Part shown: positions 40,863 through 51,900 of the stretch, in pieces | How positions within the stretch are numbered: the stretch's first letter is position 1 | Layout of the letters: each line of letters opens with the position of its first letter | Source: a virus | Virus record (IMG/VR): IMGVR_UViG_3300027973_000044 | Coordinates: 17,924 to 81,923 of that record | DNA: 64,000 bases | Direction: 5' to 3' (one strand) | The notes under the pieces: model-generated | Database searches by the model: none | Told to the model about the DNA's origin: nothing | Seen by the model: the letters and a program-made list of their open reading frames with translations, nothing else | Position numbers and translations under genes: made by a program

Positions 40863-41471
40863 TTGAAATTTAAAGATATATTTGTATTTGAAAAGCGGTT
40901 GGCAGAGTTCGCCGGTGCACCATTTGCTGTTTCCACATGTTGTTGTACACATGCACTAGAACTATGCTTCCGTATTCTAAAACCCAATTATGTAGAGTTT
41001 TCATGTCATACCTACATGGGAATCATCATGATGCTCAAAAATTTACATGTTCCCTTTCGAATGATTAACGATCAATGGCAGGGTGAATATAATTTTCGCA
41101 ATAGCCCCATATGGGACTGTGCCAGGAAGTTTGTACCTAACATGTATGTGTCAGGATCTTACAAATGCGTTAGTTTTGGTGAAAACAAACCTCTTGATCT
41201 TGGCCGTGGGGGTGCAATTCTCCTGGATAATGAACAACACTACAAGCTTCTAACCATGTTAAAATTTGATGGCAAAGATGTACAATATGAGCCATGGATA
41301 GATCAACAATATTTTGATGTGGGGTATCACTACAAGATGAATAACCGCGAATGCATTGTTGGTTTAGACAAACTTAATGAATTCATAACCAAAGGTGACT
41401 TCTCTTATTCCCATACACCATATAGAGACTGTCGCAGAATGATAGTCAAAGGCATGCCACTGTTTACATGA
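40863..41471 (+). CDS. Short DegT/DnrJ/EryC1-family PLP protein
   Basis: FEKRLAEFAG..AV..CTHALEL, WDCA, SFGENKPL..GRGGAIL and GYHYKM; C-terminal domain absent; TTG start. Confidence 0.8.
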   Translation: MKFKDIFVFEKRLAEFAGAPFAVSTCCCTHALELCFRILKPNYVEFSCHTYMGIIMMLKNLHVPFRMINDQWQGEYNFRNSPIWDCARKFVPNMYVSGSYKCVSFGENKPLDLGRGGAILLDNEQHYKLLTMLKFDGKDVQYEPWIDQQYFDVGYHYKMNNRECIVGLDKLNEFITKGDFSYSHTPYRDCRRMIVKGMPLFT

Positions 41472-42337
41472 AGATAGATTACGTATTTTCGTTTGCTAAT
41501 CATTTTTATAAAGAGCTCTACAAGCAGCATTTTGATTGCGCTCTTATTAATCCGCGCAATGTTCATGAGCTACAGTCTGTGGATACAGCAAAGAATATTA
41601 TATTTTTATTTGGAGACCCATACACTCTCAACTATATCAATAGGAGCAATCTTTCTGGCAAGAATATAATGTTTTTAAGACGGCATGAGTTCTATGAAAA
41701 TAATTTTGCATTGCTTCAAAAAAACCGTGTTAAGATTCAGCATTTTTTTACTTTAAATTCTTTCTTTCAAAACAAATTAAGAGACTCATACGGTATTGAG
41801 TCCACCATAGAGAAAAATTATCTGGATGAACAGCTATGGACATACAAAGGAAGAGGCCATGGCAAAGAGATTGCTTGGGTGGGTGAATTTCAGCAACGCA
41901 AATCACCAGATTATTTGAGTGAATTATTGTCTTGTTTGCCGGATTATAACATCCATTGTGCCATTTCACCAGGTCCCTCGAAACAACTGTATGTAGATTT
42001 TCTACAAAACCATAATCATAGCAATTTATTCCTGCATGATGATATTAATACTCAAGAGAAAATGAACAAATGGTTGGATGATAAAAACTATTTGGTAACC
42101 ACATCCATATCAGAGGGCTTGCCTAATAATGTCCTGGAGGCTCTGGCCAAAGGTATTAAGCCCGTAGTAAGAGATTACCCTGGCAATATATTTCATAAAT
42201 TTGCATATGAAAATATTTCTCAATTGAAATTGCACTTATCCGGTGAATACAATTCACTAGAATATCGGCACATGATTGAAGAGCATTATGGATTAAAGCA
42301 TTTTCTAGACTTTAGAGACAAGGTTATTGAGCTCTAA
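41468..42337 (+). CDS. GT-B glycosyltransferase (GT4-like)
   Basis: WVG....RKSPD and TSISEGLPNNVLEALAKG (EX7E motif). Confidence 0.85.
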   Translation: MKIDYVFSFANHFYKELYKQHFDCALINPRNVHELQSVDTAKNIIFLFGDPYTLNYINRSNLSGKNIMFLRRHEFYENNFALLQKNRVKIQHFFTLNSFFQNKLRDSYGIESTIEKNYLDEQLWTYKGRGHGKEIAWVGEFQQRKSPDYLSELLSCLPDYNIHCAISPGPSKQLYVDFLQNHNHSNLFLHDDINTQEKMNKWLDDKNYLVTTSISEGLPNNVLEALAKGIKPVVRDYPGNIFHKFAYENISQLKLHLSGEYNSLEYRHMIEEHYGLKHFLDFRDKVIEL

Positions 42338-43292
42338 CAAAGGACTTTTGTATCTTCATGTCAAAGAGGTGCGGGCATGCAGTCTTGGGGCATACAATTG
42401 GTGAATCAAATAGTTTGATTCTTAGGTTTGGATTCTCTTGAAGATTGCCAAAATATCTCTGTCGGCAACAAGCGCCCCAGATGGAACCATCTTCTTTGAT
42501 GTTAAGAGCATTTTTGCCTGCGTTACAGAAAATGCCTCTGAAGTTGTGAAAGTTATTTGCTAATATCTCCTGGCCGTCAAATGGGGTCTTTCTGCCATCA
42601 AAATATTCAACCTCTATTCTATCATTTTCAAAATTATATTTTCTATTGGATGGATTGTGCTTGATGAAATCTATTTGCTCTTGATTGTAAAGTGGAGTAA
42701 AGTGTCTTTTGTAATCATTAACATCAAGAACTCCTTTGTTATTGACAGTGATACCGTCTATTTTGAAGAACTCTTTTGATGCCTCTATTGCTACGTCCCA
42801 ATGTTCAGGGTCCATCAACACATGCAATTCAATATGCTTTTTCTTTTTTAAAAATATTTCAAAGATGCTTTTGAAGTGATCTATGTTTGCATACCTTGGG
42901 TGAAAGCTTGGATACAGAATATCAATCAAATCTACAGCTTTAGACCAGAATTCTAAATTATTACCCAGATTTGTATTCATTGCCACCAGAAAGTTAATGG
43001 ATCTCAGGTATGACATCACTTCTTCAACTCCTTTATAGAAACTGGGCTCACCTCCAGTGAGGGTTATCTTTCTTTGAGGCTTGGATTGTATGCAGGGGTT
43101 ATCTTTATATAAGTTATCAAAGAAATTTATATATATTTCAGAAGAAATATGCGGAAACATACCTTTGTGAAGAACAGGGGGGCAGTAATTGCATCGTTGA
43201 TTGCATAGATTATTAATTACAAAATTAATTGCAAAGATGTCATTGGTGATGCCTTTGATGATGGGTTGGTTAATATGGTTTTGCATGTTCAC
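42324..43292 (-). CDS. Radical SAM protein with C-terminal Cys cluster
   Basis: CNQRCNYC, LTGGEP, CNAG..ACC..CPKTAC; start could be 43286. Confidence 0.9.
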   Translation of the reverse strand: MNMQNHINQPIIKGITNDIFAINFVINNLCNQRCNYCPPVLHKGMFPHISSEIYINFFDNLYKDNPCIQSKPQRKITLTGGEPSFYKGVEEVMSYLRSINFLVAMNTNLGNNLEFWSKAVDLIDILYPSFHPRYANIDHFKSIFEIFLKKKKHIELHVLMDPEHWDVAIEASKEFFKIDGITVNNKGVLDVNDYKRHFTPLYNQEQIDFIKHNPSNRKYNFENDRIEVEYFDGRKTPFDGQEILANNFHNFRGIFCNAGKNALNIKEDGSIWGACCRQRYFGNLQENPNLRIKLFDSPIVCPKTACPHLFDMKIQKSFVRAQ

Positions 43293-44076
43293 ACTTCCAG
43301 CACAATGTATTGGATTTATTGTTACTCAATGAATTTACGATATGTTTATAAGTTTCAGAATTAACAACTTCTTCGTAGGAGCTTTCTATTAGATTGCCTA
43401 TCTTATGCTCCAAACTCCAGTCCATGCAACAAAGATACACATCTCCATTTGGTAATAAAACGTGTTGTTTGATTTTGTTTGTAGAGCATCTTATGGCCAT
43501 ATTTGCGGTGTTATCTATTTTTTTAAAGCTATCAACATTACCAGCTCTACTATTCCATCTGAAGTAATCAGGGGTTAGAAAGGAGATTTTTGCTCGGGTT
43601 TTTACTAGTAAGGGTTGTATTGAAGGGTGTGGCTCTTTTCCAAAGAAAACTATTGCATCGCTATTCTCTAGGATTTGCAGACATTTTTCAACATTATGAA
43701 TATAATTATCATCAATTACTAAGTTCATTGAATTATCATTAACCGGCAAATGCAAGATAATGTTATCATACTCTCGATTCAGAATTGTATTAATATTATC
43801 CTGGGACGCTTTATAGAGGGTTGTAGATATTCTTGTGTAATGCCCTCTGCTTCTGCAGAGGGCCACCATCTTGAAACAATCTTTATGAAAGAAAGGTTCA
43901 GAGAACCCTGTAAAATGTATTCTTGTAGAGATTGGCAGTTTGGTTAAAACGTGACTAAAATTTTCTAAAGATAGCTTCTTTATATGAGAATTGTATTTAA
44001 ATAAAAAAGAATCTTGTGGGCAATAAGAGCATTTTATGCTGCACCCCGCTATAGTGGTTATCTCTAATGCATCCAT
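43270..44076 (-). CDS. Radical SAM/SPASM protein
   Basis: CSIKCSYCPQ, GFSEP, NSRAGN, LPNGDVYLCCMDW and CWKC. Confidence 0.9.
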   Translation of the reverse strand: MDALEITTIAGCSIKCSYCPQDSFLFKYNSHIKKLSLENFSHVLTKLPISTRIHFTGFSEPFFHKDCFKMVALCRSRGHYTRISTTLYKASQDNINTILNREYDNIILHLPVNDNSMNLVIDDNYIHNVEKCLQILENSDAIVFFGKEPHPSIQPLLVKTRAKISFLTPDYFRWNSRAGNVDSFKKIDNTANMAIRCSTNKIKQHVLLPNGDVYLCCMDWSLEHKIGNLIESSYEEVVNSETYKHIVNSLSNNKSNTLCWKCEHAKPY

Positions 44077-44090
44077 ATATAATATGATAT

Positions 44091-44786
44091 ATGCCCAATA
44101 TTGTTTTACTAGCAATTAGTTACCGATCTGGTTCTAATTGTCTTAGATCAATATTGGACCAGAATAACGACATATCTGCTAAAGGTGAAATATTTAGGCC
44201 TTATTTTAAGTTGAACAATGTTAATCGTGACAGTCTTCTGGGTGAGATTGACACACGTCTGAATAGATTTAGACACAGGGAAGACAAAAATAAAGTTTTC
44301 TTATATACCAGTGTTGTTGATGAGATATTGAAGCTAGAAGAATATGACTTGATCCGCAGCATTTTACCTGACAAATCAATCTTTCTATATCGGGAAGATC
44401 TCTTGGAACAGTACTGTTCAGTCAAGGTGGGGAGTGTGACAGGTGTATACCAGGACACAGAGCAATCCAAACAAGAAAAACAAAAAATAAGAATAGAGTT
44501 TAATCTTAATGAATATTTGAATTTTGTTGCCAGAATGAATCGTCATAGAGACTTCTTTGTTGCCTTTTATAAGAAATATAAGATAAACTATATTACTGTA
44601 GAATACAAGAGCATATTGAAGCGAATAGAGGAAATATTTAAATTTTTAGGTTTAGACTATAAAGGCGAATTACCGACTACTATTAAATCTGAAAGTCGAT
44701 CATTGCACGAAATTATAATTAATTTTAAAGATGTTCCTACTAATATGAATCATAAGCTAGTAGTTGATGACATTATTCCTGCTTAA
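44091..44786 (+). CDS. Sulfotransferase (Stf0-like)
   Basis: PAPS-binding loop YRSGSNCL, GEIF, LYREDLLEQYCS and EYK..IFKFLG. Confidence 0.75.
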   Translation: MPNIVLLAISYRSGSNCLRSILDQNNDISAKGEIFRPYFKLNNVNRDSLLGEIDTRLNRFRHREDKNKVFLYTSVVDEILKLEEYDLIRSILPDKSIFLYREDLLEQYCSVKVGSVTGVYQDTEQSKQEKQKIRIEFNLNEYLNFVARMNRHRDFFVAFYKKYKINYITVEYKSILKRIEEIFKFLGLDYKGELPTTIKSESRSLHEIIINFKDVPTNMNHKLVVDDIIPA

Positions 44787-45650
44787 TGTTCTTCTGTCAA
44801 TGGGGCAAACCTTGCAGATATCGTTTTGCTTTCTGTTTGCTAGAATTTTAGCAAAAAAATCTTTTGATTTTTCTGAATTGAATATCTCACTAATAGTTTG
44901 TTTGTTTGCGTTGCCTATTATTACTTGTCCTTGGTAATCATGGCAACATGGATTACATTCACCATTCCAATTTATAACAAATGAACCAGAAAAAATTGAG
45001 CAACTATTGGGTATTTCTTCGGTAACTTTTTGTTGTGTTTGTTTATTAATTTGTTCTGTTTCAGTATATTCTGCCATATTAAAATTAGGCAGCTTGTAAT
45101 ATATGTTATCGTATAACCCTGAGAATTTATTTTTAATATTGATCAGATCTTGTGTATTGTAAGAAAATAAAACTGTTTGTATCTTTATTTTGGGTCGAGA
45201 AGGCATGTCACCATATTTGTCGAAATAGTATTTCATTCCTTCGTGTATCTTGTCTAGATCTACACCCTTTCTGTATGTTGCATTTAATTCTTTGGTTGAC
45301 CCATCAATACTAACAACACACTCATTCAGCTTGCTCTTGGCTAGTAAGTCTATATCTTCTTGTTTGTAGAAGACTAACCCGTTTGTGGATGTCCTGTGGT
45401 ACACATTCTCTGGGATCATTTGATAGAGCTGGGACCACCTGGGGTGCAGAAAAGGCTCTCCATAATTGAAAGAGACTATTTGCACCTTGTGATTCAATTC
45501 TCTTACCTCATTCATTATTTTTTGAAATAATTCATTGGAAATGAACCCTTTTTTTCTATCCAAAGAATCAGAGCCTGTAGGACATAGGGGGCATTTGGCA
45601 TTACACGTGTTGGTAAGCTCTATCATTATGGAGCTAAGATGTCTATTCAT
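44757..45650 (-). CDS. Radical SAM/SPASM protein
   Basis: IELTNTCNAKCPLCP, NYGEPFLHP, STNG, SIDG, INWNGECNPCCHD and CKVC. Confidence 0.92.
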   Translation of the reverse strand: MNRHLSSIMIELTNTCNAKCPLCPTGSDSLDRKKGFISNELFQKIMNEVRELNHKVQIVSFNYGEPFLHPRWSQLYQMIPENVYHRTSTNGLVFYKQEDIDLLAKSKLNECVVSIDGSTKELNATYRKGVDLDKIHEGMKYYFDKYGDMPSRPKIKIQTVLFSYNTQDLINIKNKFSGLYDNIYYKLPNFNMAEYTETEQINKQTQQKVTEEIPNSCSIFSGSFVINWNGECNPCCHDYQGQVIIGNANKQTISEIFNSEKSKDFFAKILANRKQNDICKVCPIDRRTLSRNNVINY

Positions 45651-46374
45651 ATACGGGATGAACAAATTTATGTTCTTTTAATTTTAGTTTTGCTTCTTTT
45701 TCATCTATAAATTCATCATAAAAATAACGAGCCCTTCCTTTCATATAAATTATAGAATAAAATTCAGCATGATCATATAGCTCTATGTTGAGATCTTGGC
45801 AAGCTATGCCCATGAGCAATTCCGTTGACAGCATATATTCACCAGGTAGCCCTCTCGCTAGAAAACTGCTTATTCTACTTGTTAGAAATTTATCGTCTTC
45901 AAAGTACTTTGCCGTTTTAAATGTCTGTATCACATTGGATCCAATTCCAAAGATTCCATTTTGTATGAATTTGGGTCGTATTAAATTTATGGGCACCTCA
46001 CCATCGTAAATCCTTCTATCAAGAGTAGATTTGAATAGAGTTCCAAACACAGTATTCTTTAACTCATTATGTAGCTTTATAGTGCCTTGCACTCTTGAAT
46101 CTGGGTCTGCCTTTATTACAACATCTGTGTTGAGATCATCATACACATTGATTATGTTGCGAAAAAAAGCACCTGGTGTTGCATTGATATGGGATCTATC
46201 AAATAGATAATATCTGAAATTATTATCGTGGCAGTATTTTCTTATATCTGGGTCATCATTTCCATCGCTCATAACAGATGTGGGACTATTAGGATAATAT
46301 TTTTGTATCTGTAAAGCACTTGTTTTTAATAAATCAAAATCTTTATACACCGGTACTATGAAGCCTATATTCAT
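45643..46374 (-). CDS. GT-A glycosyltransferase (GT2-like)
   Basis: FIVPVYKD, MSDGNDD and a DxD motif in KADPDS. Confidence 0.65.
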   Translation of the reverse strand: MNIGFIVPVYKDFDLLKTSALQIQKYYPNSPTSVMSDGNDDPDIRKYCHDNNFRYYLFDRSHINATPGAFFRNIINVYDDLNTDVVIKADPDSRVQGTIKLHNELKNTVFGTLFKSTLDRRIYDGEVPINLIRPKFIQNGIFGIGSNVIQTFKTAKYFEDDKFLTSRISSFLARGLPGEYMLSTELLMGIACQDLNIELYDHAEFYSIIYMKGRARYFYDEFIDEKEAKLKLKEHKFVHPVYE

Positions 46375-47282
46375 ATTTCTAATACTTTTTTAAATATATT
46401 ATTATTGTGGTTTCTTGCATTATTTTGAAATGCTGTCAACTCTTCTGTTAGTATATTGTACTTATTTTCATTATTCAAGATATCTATAATGTTACAGTCG
46501 GCAGAATCAATTTGCTTCAAGATATTATATTCTAGAAATTTCTTATTGGCAATGAGAGGGATTTTATTGGCTATACTATGTGTGAGAGATTCTGATGTTT
46601 TAATGCTAGTATAATCCACTTTGGAGCCATCGTAAGGTATGAGTAAGAACTTGAACCCGGCAATTTGTTTGTAAAAATCTGCATGGCTACACATGTCTAT
46701 TGCTTCTGCATTGCTTGAATGTATTTGCTTGATAGTCTTCTTGGCTCCTTCACCTAGTAACTTTATGCTGCAATTATTTTTTTGCATAAAAGAACTTATA
46801 TATTCTATGGATATCTTATTTTCAAAAAAACGAGAAGTTATTCCAATTATATTTTCCTTGCGTGCATTTAAGTTTAGCGGTGTTTCTGTTTGAAAGAAGT
46901 AGTTTTCGCTAAATGGCTTTTCATATACTCCGTTGGCTATATTTTTGGAGAGTGGAAAATGCTTTTTAATTGTGCTTTCACCATGACCCAATGGCCTATG
47001 ATGTACAAATATAAGATTGGTTGTCTCTCGAAAAACAGGATTTGTATGAAACTCAGGAATTCTATTGTTAGATTCAAGTGCAGTTATAATTATGGAAGTA
47101 TCAAAGCGCGGCACATGTGTCAAAGATAGTTTGTAGAGGTTACACAATTCTTTGAAGCCATACTTATCATTAGGGGCATGATGGTAGAACATAGGTGATA
47201 ATCCCAAACACTGTAAAGATTTGTATATTGATAGTGCTGTGGCGTGGTGATATTCTGTATTGACAATGATGCCTATTCTCAT
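46371..47282 (-). CDS. Hypothetical protein, possibly GT-B fold
   Basis: Coupled within the glycosyltransferase operon; FLLIP..KTSESLTHSIANKIPLI resembles a GT-B C-domain. Confidence 0.45.
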   Translation of the reverse strand: MRIGIIVNTEYHHATALSIYKSLQCLGLSPMFYHHAPNDKYGFKELCNLYKLSLTHVPRFDTSIIITALESNNRIPEFHTNPVFRETTNLIFVHHRPLGHGESTIKKHFPLSKNIANGVYEKPFSENYFFQTETPLNLNARKENIIGITSRFFENKISIEYISSFMQKNNCSIKLLGEGAKKTIKQIHSSNAEAIDMCSHADFYKQIAGFKFLLIPYDGSKVDYTSIKTSESLTHSIANKIPLIANKKFLEYNILKQIDSADCNIIDILNNENKYNILTEELTAFQNNARNHNNNIFKKVLEI

Positions 47283-48058
47283 TTATATTTCTCGTATAAG
47301 TTTTTTAACGTAGATGTTATCTCATTTGAATCTTCTCCCGCTTTCGATAGCAAGGAGAATACAAATGAACTAAAACATTTTTTTGATTCAGAAGACATCC
47401 ACGGTTTGCTATTGCCGTGAAAATGCAGTATAGCTATATCTTTCATTGTATCTTTTGTCACTTGGCTTGTTACTGTGTTGTATTTTTGAGGCAGAAAGGT
47501 CACAGTATCGCGAAAATACAGATTAAATGCAGACTGATCATTATACCATCTTCTTTTTTTAGCCAGATCTATCAAATTATCTTTGTGTTTTCTGTGTATT
47601 GTTTCCTTGGATAAGATCATGAGACCGCAATTAAAGAAATTCTTTTCAAGATAATTTAAATCCAAAAGCATGTCGGGGTATTTTCTGCAAGCTGCAAAAT
47701 CACCGGAAAAAAGTAATAGATCTTTTATGTCTTGCAATACAAGCATGTCTGAATCTATCATGACGATTTTGTCGTAGTTAAGATGGGACAACTCAAACAC
47801 ATCAAATCTATAATACAGGTTGTAGTTGTATTCTTCTTGTATATCTTTGCATTGAATGTAATCCTCTTTTTTAACATGAATTATTTTGATTTTATTATAT
47901 ATGTTACACAATTCAGAGATAGATTCATCTGATAGATGCCCATCAGAAAGAATTACATAATCCAGATCAAACCATGGGTTATTAATCAGTAAGCTTTTGA
48001 GTAGAGCTCTCATGCCTGGCATGAAATCATCATTTAGAGCAGTAAAAAAGGCTGTCAT
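47279..48058 (-). CDS. Glycosyltransferase family 8
   Basis: IDSDMLVLQDI, FNCGLM, DQSAFN, YN and ILHFHGNSKPW. Confidence 0.9.
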   Translation of the reverse strand: MTAFFTALNDDFMPGMRALLKSLLINNPWFDLDYVILSDGHLSDESISELCNIYNKIKIIHVKKEDYIQCKDIQEEYNYNLYYRFDVFELSHLNYDKIVMIDSDMLVLQDIKDLLLFSGDFAACRKYPDMLLDLNYLEKNFFNCGLMILSKETIHRKHKDNLIDLAKKRRWYNDQSAFNLYFRDTVTFLPQKYNTVTSQVTKDTMKDIAILHFHGNSKPWMSSESKKCFSSFVFSLLSKAGEDSNEITSTLKNLYEKYK

Positions 48059-48900
48059 ATGCTATCTTTATAATGTAAAAATTGTTCAATATCACTCTTC
48101 AGCTGCCTGTATTCTTCTTTTATTTGTATAATTCCATTGTCTCGTTTTAGCATTAATAGAGGATCAAAGTGATTATTTTCATATATTTTGTATCTATCTA
48201 TATAATTGCGTTTGCTCAGCTCTCCATGGTAATTGTGATAAACTTTGCCTGTTAAATACCCTGTCTTGAGGTGCTTGCATTTATTAAAATACTCTTGAAT
48301 GGTGTTGTAATGGTTTTGGGAGAAAGGATAGTATGCAAATTTTTCCTTAGCAAAACAACTCCGAGGATAAGGCATCATTTTTTCTTGAATGAAACACCGG
48401 GCCATGATGGCATCACCGGTGCCTGCAATATTCATATCATACAACCCTCCAAGATGCTCAAATACACTTTTTTTCATGGCCCATGCAAATCCACAATGTC
48501 CATGTCGGTTGTTCACTTGTTTGGCATAAACAAAACCGGCAACAGGGTTCAAGGGTTTATTATCTTTATCCAAATGATAGCAAGAGTCAAACAACTGAAG
48601 CACATCAAAGCCTTGTTCAAATTTTTGTAATGCTTTGGAATACCAATCTGCATCAACAAAGCAGACATCATTATCTATCCAAAAAACATATTCTATATCA
48701 TGAATATGTTTCTTGATGGCCAGATTTAACAAATTTTCTTTTAAAAAAATCTTATCTTCACTTTTGAATGTGCAATCAAAAGATATGCCATTTTCATGTA
48801 TGCCAGAGACAATTGAAACAGGATGTTTGTTCTTGAAAGTTTCTATTGACTCCTTCCTGTTTTTATTATTGAAGAAGTTGAAGTAGCTTGTGAAAATCAT
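48055..48900 (-). CDS. GT-A glycosyltransferase-like protein
   Basis: KENLLN, WIDNDV (DxD), GFAWA, GG..D..GTGD and HNYHG..R.Y; TAATG overlap. Confidence 0.7.
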   Translation of the reverse strand: MIFTSYFNFFNNKNRKESIETFKNKHPVSIVSGIHENGISFDCTFKSEDKIFLKENLLNLAIKKHIHDIEYVFWIDNDVCFVDADWYSKALQKFEQGFDVLQLFDSCYHLDKDNKPLNPVAGFVYAKQVNNRHGHCGFAWAMKKSVFEHLGGLYDMNIAGTGDAIMARCFIQEKMMPYPRSCFAKEKFAYYPFSQNHYNTIQEYFNKCKHLKTGYLTGKVYHNYHGELSKRNYIDRYKIYENNHFDPLLMLKRDNGIIQIKEEYRQLKSDIEQFLHYKDSI

Positions 48901-51900
48901 TACCCTTGAGCTTCTGTCCAAGTAACTTTGCACAGAGCCTGGTTAGTTGGAGAGGCTGACACAGGGCGAGCAAAAACTGTTAGAATATCAGGACCATCAG
49001 GGTAAACTGTATTACCGCCCAAGATTGAATTGCCTAGATTTCTTATGATATTAATATTATAATCTGTAACTTGGTTTCTGCCAGAATCTTGTTCCCCTGC
49101 CAAAAAGCCTCCAATGACTACTCCAGCACTCACAGGAGTGTTTCTGACACTTGCACCTGTATGATCCACATATTGTGCCAAACTGCCATTGCCTGCATTG
49201 ATCCAATTGCCAGACACAGGCCATAAGCTAGATTCACAATTGAGCTTTATGGTCACATTTAATGCTTGACGGGTGACTATTTGCACGTCATTTAATACTA
49301 GAATGGAGCGATTGATAAGATTGCGCACTCCTACAAAGCTGCCTATGCCATAATCCACTGCTGGTGCCAGACGAACAGAAATGAGCGGAATGTCTCTATC
49401 CAAGGTGGGGGCTGCAGATGTTGCAGTGCCTGCAGTGAACAAATAGGATTTGTCAGGAGTGAATCCACCATCCATGATGACTGAGGTTCCCCAATGTGAT
49501 AAAGTTGGTGAGCAGTTTTGATTGAATGAAAACACATTGTTGTATGGAAAGAATCGAGGAGTGGGTATGGTTGAAACACCAGCAGAGTTGGTTAGATTGC
49601 CCACATTTCTACGGTCTATTCTTAACACCTGTTCACCTGCAGAATTGGCTCTTAGCTTGCTGTAACGCATGTATTCATAGTCATACAACAGAGTGCCACT
49701 GTTGGGAAGCATGAAGGTGGCACTGGGTGAAACAGTTATGCACGATGTGGATGGGAGCATTGTCTGCACGGTTGCTATTTCTTTTTGTGTTGCAAAATCA
49801 TATCCTTTGTAATACACTTTCCGGTTTTCAGGATCTGATACAATGTTGAAACTGGCTGTTGTAGCCTGCCCACTTTGAGTCAATGGTTGTGTGGGTGGCG
49901 TAAAATTGCCAAATGGATATTGTGCAAATCCTTGAGTTATACGTATGTCATCCAAATAACTGTAAGTTGCGTTTCCGTATATCATACCGCCAAAAAAGAA
50001 TTGACCTCCTTCAAAGGTATTAAAATTTGTAGTTGATACTACAGATGCACCATCAACAAACATTTCACATCTTCCATTCAATCTCTGCAATACAACATGG
50101 TGCCATGTGCTGAGACTAAGAACAGATGTTGAAGAAGTAAAGGTATTTTGTTCATAGTAACTCCCCAGACCTATGATGGCTCTTGCTTTGCTATTGGCAG
50201 TTAGTTCTGCATGCATTCCAAACCCTGGTATACCATAATACGCTGGGGCTCCTCTATAAAAAATAGTATTGGCACTACTGTATGGGTTGTTAAAAAATCC
50301 AGGTTGAAACGTATCAAAGTAAACAAACAATTCTACTGTAAAATCACTAGGAAAGGCAGGGGTGCTGTTGCCAGTATATATGGTGCTATTGTAATAATAT
50401 GTTGGCTCAATTCTGACACTATGTGTACCAAATTTTACTCGAGTAGTGCTAAATGGTAGAAAGGAGTAGAAGGCACCGCTATATAATCTGTCATATGGAT
50501 TGGCAGCAGTTGACTGATTGTCAGGTATGTTATCTAAAGAATATAACCCCTTCACACCATCGGCTGAATTGCTATATCTATACAAGTTTGCTGACAACCG
50601 GGGGCGAAATGAAAAGTATGGCCCAGTCAAATTGTTTGCTTGCTTGACTTCTACAATTCTTGGTTCTGGCAAATCGTTTAATGTATTGTACATGGTAACG
50701 TTGGTTTGATTGGCTTGCAGAATGTACCCTCGTTGAGGTTTATTAATCACCTCAAATCTTGCAGGCAAGTTGCCAGAGCGCATGTAAGCCTCCAGATTCA
50801 CATTATTGTTCTTCATTTGATGGCAGAATATGATGCTACCGTCTGTGGCTCTCACACCCCACCGCACTCTTCCTGCACCATACCAGCTATAATCAAAGTA
50901 CAACATCTGCATTTTGTTCAGGTCAATGGTGTACCCACTAGGGCCAGTACCATCTAATTTATCCAGATTAAAATTTTCTTGATTAAAACTCACTTCTTCA
51001 GTCTTAGTATAGCGAACACCAGTAATGAACTGACCGGTATATTTTGGCACAATGGATATGAGGAAATCGCTATTGATATCACTAACATAGTAACTCATGC
51101 CTCTGATCACAATGTAATCTCCAACTCGTAGTTGTGATTCAAATTTTGTATTGAATCCAAAGACGGTTGTAGAGTTGTTGCTCACAGTTATGGTACCTGT
51201 CATGTTGTTTGTGCTGGAGCGTTTCACAACAGAGAGTTTGTTTCCATCGCATTCAAAAAAGATTCCATTTTGTTCATCGAATAGACCAGTACGAACCACG
51301 GCATCATTCCATCTTATCACATCCACCTTGCCCAACCCATCAGGAGATATGTCTGTTGGTGCTGTGAGAGTATTGAATTGAGTTGTTAGAGTACTAGACA
51401 CAGGGAGCAAAACAGTGAATGTGTTTTGATCGCCCACAGAAGCCACAGTGAACGTTGTGTTGTATCTGTTGATACCACCTTGAACGGTGAGGCCACGAAG
51501 ACGAACTGATGCTCCTTCAAGATAAGCAGAAGGTTGGGCAAAACCATGAGGTTGCTCTGTGGCAATGATCATCACATAGAAAGATGATAATCTTTGATTG
51601 TAAGCTGTGGTGTCAACAGATATGTTGCGTATGTCGTAGCTTGGCTCGAATAGTAACCCTGTACTGAATAAAATACTCTTACCAGACTGATATCTGAAAT
51701 AATTGCGGGTTTGACGAATAATCTGAGAGTTTAGACTGTTATTTGCTGATGTTATCTGTACCCCGCCATCAGTGGCTCTGTGCAAAGCATACCCTTCAGG
51801 CCGCACATACAATCTGGTATTTGTGGTGTTTAATACAGTATCACTCGCAGGAAATAACCCAGCAGTTAAATCAGATACATATGTAAATGAAGTAGGACCA

